The translations under genes were made by a program, and so were the position numbers. This document shows positions 58,096 to 64,000 of a stretch of 64,000 nucleotides of DNA, in pieces. Below the pieces are notes generated by a model. That model was not told the origin of the DNA. It saw nothing but the letters and a program-made list of their open reading frames with translations, and did no database searches. Position 1 is the first letter of the stretch. Every line of letters begins with the position of its first letter. Origin of the DNA: Phyllosticta citribraziliensis (taxonomy: Eukaryota); contig NW_027117350.1 of assembly GCF_038025025.1 (NCBI RefSeq), forward strand, positions 124,001 through 188,000. Reading direction: 5' to 3'.

Positions 58096-59421
58096 ATGTT
58101 CCGCCTTCTCGCCACTGGTCTTGCCCTCGCGGCTACCACGGCGGCAACTGGCTATCCTGAGGGGTCTTCTTGCCCGGTTGCCCTCTCTTCGCTACGGACC
58201 AACGACACTACGATCGGGCTCTGTCCCACGGACTTTGATGTGATTGGCGGCGAGCTCCAACCGGTCCACGACTGCTCGAAAGCGCCAACTGGAATCGCTG
58301 TCGACGCCTCGGCAAACATCTTCTTTACTTACGCGCGCAACTCGGAGCCCCAAAATTGGACTCTGACCAAAGCCGTCAACTTCACGCACGAGGAGCCCTG
58401 GCCGAGCGAGGCGTGGCAGAACTGCGCAACTGGCCAAAATGCTAGCGAGTGCTTTGTCAATGTGCAGAACCTGGTCCTCGATGACAACGGTGTCTTCTGG
58501 GTCATCGACTCGGGAGTCCCACACGGCGCGTCGTACCCCCTGACCTACGGCCCCAAGATCCTGTCCTTCAACAGCACGACGGGCGAGCTGATCAGGACCT
58601 ACGTCTTCCCGGCCGACCAGTTCTACGCCAAGCTCCAGCTCAACGACCTGCGCATCAACAACTCGATCGGCACAGGCGGGTACGCCTTCATCACCGACGA
58701 CACCAAGTACGGGTCGATCAGCACCATCGATCTGGACAGCGGCAAGGTCGTGCGGCACCTGTACAACACGACCTTCACGACGCCCGACGACCAGTTCCTC
58801 AGCTTCTACAACGGCGAGCCGCTCCGCAACTGGAATGGCACGACCTGGAGCCCCATCACTTCGGGATCCAACGGTATTGCCCTCGCCGGAGGCAATGTGT
58901 ACTGGAGCGTCAAGGCGAGTCATCGGTGGTATTTTGTCAGCCAGGAGGCGCTCGTCAGAAATGACGTCTCCGACGAGGAGCTCGCGGAACTGATCCAGGT
59001 CCCCGGAAACTTGCCCAGCGAGACGGCTGGGTACACGGCTGATGATAAGGGGAGGTTGTACATTACTGCCGCAGCCGTGAGTGTTTCTTCCTTTCTCTCT
59101 CTTGCCTCCTAACGCATGCCTCTTTAGCAATCCGCGATTCTCTACGTCGACACACAGCAGTCCGAGGTCACGCAGGAGATCAACGGTGTCGCAGCGGGCG
59201 GATCCGGCCCAGTTCCCACGGCCAACTACCTGCTCAAGACGCTCGTGCGCAGCGGCCTCGTGCAGCATGCCGACACGGCGTGCATCCTCGACGGATGGCT
59301 GTACTTCAATACGAACCAGCAGGGCCTGGGGCCGTGGTCGCAGTACAAGAATGTTGACAAGCGGGTGGGCCCGTTCAGGAGCTTCAGGTATTGGATTGGG
59401 AGGGGCCCGGCGCCGGCATAG
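58096..59421 (+). CDS. Secreted yellow / major royal jelly protein (MRJP)-like beta-propeller protein
   Basis: Signal peptide MFRLLATGLALAATTAA; PTGIAVD, FVNVQNLVLDDNGVFWVIDSG, PKILSFN, LNDLRI, AFITD, SNGIAL; intron 59077-59127; many N-x-S/T sites. Confidence 0.85.
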
Positions 59422-60143
59422 AAGTGATGTTGGGGCCAGGGAGCTGTCGAAAGTTGAGTTTTTTGGAGGGTTCTTAGACTGGAAAGAAGGGGATAGATAA
59501 AAACAAAAGTAAGACGGAGTGACGCCGGCGCATCTAGAAAGCACTTGCAGAGAACAGATCGTCTCGTATAGAGATAAATCACCTTGTTGTCTTCCGTCTG
59601 GGCATGGCATTTAGCAGAAGTCATAAGTTCCAGAAGCCACTCTAGGTATTCCATTCACCTCTTACCTCCTGAAATGATCACAGAACGAACCTTCTTATCA
59701 TCCGACGCCGAACCCTCCCCCGATGTCACATCCGCGATGGCAGATCAGTCGGTCAGATCCGTCCAGATCAAATCGCACGAGTCAGAGGAGCGATTTCGTG
59801 AGCGTCGTCGGCAGCGCCCAGGTCCTTGGCGCGGTTGTTGAGGCGTTTGCGTTCGGCAAGTTACGCGGGAACGAATCTCACCAGGGCCTTTGGATTGGTC
59901 TGTGCGAGGTTGATGGGGTCTGGGGGGTGGATGGGACAGGAGTGACGATGCAAGTAGAAAGTGACTGCATCCTCCAGCGAGAAAGCCAGCCGGGCAGCCA
60001 GCCGGGCAGCCAGCCAAGCGAAAGAACATTGCCGGAGACTTTTTTCTTTTCATTCATTTTTCCTCCCCGCAAATGGATGGTGTGTCTGTGTCCAGCACAC
60101 GAGGCTTAGTCCCCCAATCACTATTCCGTATGTAGTTGATGCT

Positions 60144-60255
60144 TGAACGCTCCCCGTCAGTCGCAGTTACAGCGTAAGAATGCTCCCCGTCAGTCGCAGT
60201 TAGAGCGTAAGAATGCTCCCCATTAGTTGCAGTTACAGCGCACGAATGCTCCTCC
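60144..60255 (+). repeat. 33-bp tandem array (about 3.4 units), same family as 57142-57262
   Basis: Units start at 60144, 60177, 60210 and 60243, e.g. AGAATGCTCCCCGTCAGTCGCAGTTAGAGCGTA. Confidence 0.95.
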
Positions 60256-60954
60256 TGTCTGTCATTGCCCATTTGCCAGCTTGAGCCGCCGCGCCTGGAA
60301 TCGTCGAATGCCCTTCGGTATGCGGGAACGCAAAGCGAGCCATGGACTGGAGTGGCTGTTTTTGACTTGGCGTGGCCGTTCTCATCCCTTCAAAAATGGG
60401 CTCCCTTTTTTCAACGTCTCCCACGCTACTCTGATCGGGCCTAGGAATGTCGTCCTCATCGAACACGTGGTGATACGGCGTCCCGAGCGCAGGATCGCAC
60501 TGTTGTGTACGGTAGTCGGCCTTGTGTTGCATTGCACGCTCCAAGGTTTTGATGTTGTCAAACCTTTTTCACCCGCTTCAGACGCCAGTCTCGATCAAGT
60601 CTCATCAATGTCGTCCTCGCAAAGGCCAAACATCATTCGGGGCTGTCGACAAGGCGCCTCATTGATCCATTCGTCCAAAGGTCATGATGCGGCACAGTGT
60701 TCGGAGCAGCCATGAGCCCCGGGCTGTGAATGGCGGGGCAGGCGGGGCACCGCCGAGTCCTTTTAAGCAGCCGTTTGATGTCACGCCGACAGCTCACCCA
60801 CACCACCCACCTCCCCACATTCTCTCTCGTTTCCCCGTGGGCCTTTCCTACTACTTCACCTGCACTCTCCGCACCTTGATGGTTGTGCTGCTGCCAAAGA
60901 ATCTACCGCCCGTCCAGTTTTTGAGTCCCGTCGCACGACCGCCCCACCATCGCC

Positions 60955-62626
60955 ATGGCAGTACCGACTGCGAGTTCGCTGAAGGACATTTATCCTGAAG
61001 ACGCCATTCCTGTGCAGCAGAAGCGCTGGGAAAACCTGCTCGCCGCCTTCAAGACCAACTATGGACGCCCTGCCGACTTTGTGTCTCGTAGCCCAGGACG
61101 CGTCAACATCATCGGCGAGGTGGGTCCGCGCTCCCTCTGTAGCAACCAACAATGCTGATTCGATCCAGCACATTGACTACTCGCTCTACGAGGTGCTTCC
61201 TATGGCTGTGACTGCCGATGTCCTCCTCGCTGTCGCTGTCCGTCCCGCTTCTGAAGGCCCTCTGGTTCGCATAGCCAATGTCAATCCCGAAAAGTTCGGG
61301 ACGCGCGAGTTTGAGATACCGAGACAAGGCGAGATCGCAATTGACGCCACCTCACACGAATGGACCAACTATTTCAAGTCTGGCTTGCGCGGTGCATCCA
61401 AGCTCCTGGCGCAGAAGAAGGGCACGGCAGACTTCGCCTCGGTAGGCATGGATATCCTGATGGATGGAACCGTACCGGCAGGTGGAGGCCTGTCGAGTAG
61501 CGCCGCCTTTGTCTGTGCGAGTGCACTGGCTGTCATGAAGGCAAATGGCGAAGAAAAGGTGGACAAGAAGGAGCTTGTGGAGCTTGCCATAGTGTCGGAG
61601 CGCGCCGTTGGCGTCAACTCTGGAGGGTCAGTCTTCTAGATTTCCTACTTGGATCATACTAACGTGCCACGCAGCATGGACCAGTCTGCCTCTGTCTTTT
61701 CGGATCGTGGTAGCGCTCTTTACGTCTCCTTCAAGCCTGAGCTCTCTGCGAGGGCCATTTCTTTCCCGCATACCAACCCGGAGCTTACCTTTGTCATTGC
61801 GCAGTCTTTCGTGGCCGCGGACAAGCATGTCACTGCGCCGGTCTGCTACAACCTGCGCGTGGTCGAGTGCTCCCTGGCGGCAGCCTTCCTGGCCAAGATT
61901 TTTGGGCTGAAAAAGCCCCTTCCCAAAGACTCGTCCCCTCTGGGCGTCAGTCTCCGTGGCTTCCACGACGTGTTCTTCGAGGAAAAGGAACCCAAGGCCA
62001 ACAATACTGCAACGCCGTTCGAAGAATTCCAGAATCAGCTTGAGGAACTTGTCCGCATCACCGGGGAATACCTGCCGCAAGAGGAGGGATACACACGTGA
62101 GCAAATCGCAGAGATTTTGGACGTTTCTGTCGACGAGCTGAACCAACGCTTCACTTCCCAATTCCCCGTCCGCGCGGAGCGCTTCAAGCTGCGGCAGCGC
62201 GCCCTCCACGTTTTCAACGAGGCTGTTCGCGTGGGCAAGTTTTTGACACTTCTCGACCACCCGCCGGAGCCCAAGAATGGCAACACGAAGGAGCTGCTGC
62301 AAGATCTTGGAGCATTGATGAATGAAACCCAGGAATCGTGCCGCGACCTCTACGAGTGCAGTTGTCCGGAGCTCGACGAGCTGTGCCAGCTGGCCGTCGG
62401 TGCTGGCGCATTGGGAAGCCGACTCACTGGTGCTGGCTGGGGTGGTTGCAGTGTACACCTCGTGCCAAAGGACAAGGTGGAGAAGGTTAGGGAGACGTGG
62501 ATCAACAAGTACTACAAGAAGAAGTTCCCCAACATCACAGACGAGAAGTTGGAAGAGGCCATCGTGGTCAGCAAGCCCGGATCTGGCAGCTCAGTGTTCA
62601 AGGTCACCGGAGATAGTGTGCTCTGA
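60955..62626 (+). CDS. GAL1: Galactokinase (GHMP family)
   Basis: RSPGRVNIIGE|HIDY, PAGGGLSSSAA, SERAVGVNSG|GMDQ, YNLRVVEC, RALHV, GSRLTGAGWGG; two introns. Confidence 0.96.
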
Positions 62627-62849
62627 ACCACTGGCTCCTGAAATACCCTCGAGCAATCCCCTTTGCATCAATCTACTCTTGGATTTGCTCCAGCATAGTA
62701 AATAATTAAACTTGCTCATATAAATAGGATGGCGGCAGCACCACCGCATGTCAAAAATTGGTATTCTCTGATGATTCAGGCCTTGCCGCGCCTCCTTAAG
62801 CCCCAACGCCGATTTTCAATGCCAGCGACATTTCCCTTTTTCCACCTAC

Positions 62850-63729
<880 letters not shown>

Positions 63730-64000
63730 TCAAGGAGCGAGGAGGAGCACTGGCTGGATGGTCATCCAAAAGTGTTGGAGCTGGACAGGGTTGAGCTCAA
63801 GCAGCGAGGGACGGGAGCAAGGTGTCCCGACACGTGATGGACTTGGTAGGTGTCCGTGCCAAGCCACCGGAGGGTCCCGCCAGTCGCCCAGTCGGATAGC
63901 ATCCAGCCGTCGCAACGGTCCACTGCGAACCACTTTCACAACCATCTTCACTTCACTTTGTTTCTTCATTTGATTCACACGCCCCCCGTCCACATGCCTT

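Noticed and set aside
45882..60255. Arrays interpreted as CRISPR
   Set aside because: Eukaryotic context, no cas genes, and the intervening sequences within an array are near-copies of each other rather than unique spacers.
57049..60272. Minus-strand ORFs with EHSYA(M/V/L)TAT(D/N)G peptide repeats as RiPP or Kex2-processed repeat precursors
   Set aside because: No signal peptide, no KR cleavage sites and no adjacent DUF3328/UstYa gene; the same frame contains stops in the 46 kb array. These are most simply translations of the DNA repeat.
60600..60954. Gal4-type CGG-N11-CCG site upstream of galactokinase
   Set aside because: The CGG/CCG pairs I checked have other spacings (7, 13, 14); no match found by eye.

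Overview
This is gene-dense, intron-containing DNA (short GT...CTRAC...AG introns) from a filamentous ascomycete (Pezizomycotina). I can support about 24 protein-coding genes and one intron-containing tRNA-Arg(CCG). The left end carries a tight P450 / SAM-methyltransferase / P450 trio next to a Zn2Cys6-DUF3425 regulator, a possible tailoring mini-cluster with no backbone enzyme in view. The middle and right are mostly core genes: prp4 kinase, Mae1-type dicarboxylate transporter, thiolase, succinyl-CoA ligase beta, an SR protein, a Tre/Vps70-like M28 protein, a PTS2-bearing SDR, a Gfo/Idh/MocA oxidoreductase, rad9, an F-box/LRR-like protein, a fungal TF, duo1, an Hmt1-like ABC half-transporter, a yellow/MRJP-like protein, galactokinase and dpm1. 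The most unexplained signal is a dispersed family of intergenic 33-bp-period mini-arrays with core TGA(A/C)TGCTCCC at five loci. Two of them bracket the yellow/MRJP-like gene and two sit inside a duplicated element of about 190 bp. Other notable inferences are a likely Rum1/Sic1-type CDK inhibitor hidden in a low-complexity ORF, an unusually long stop-containing intron at the SWQ/DLKD site of the SR gene, a TF with only half a Zn2Cys6 cluster, an apparently inactive PD-(D/E)xK-like protein and a PWWP-like orphan. All family assignments come from motif recognition by eye; no searches were run. Gene spans include introns.
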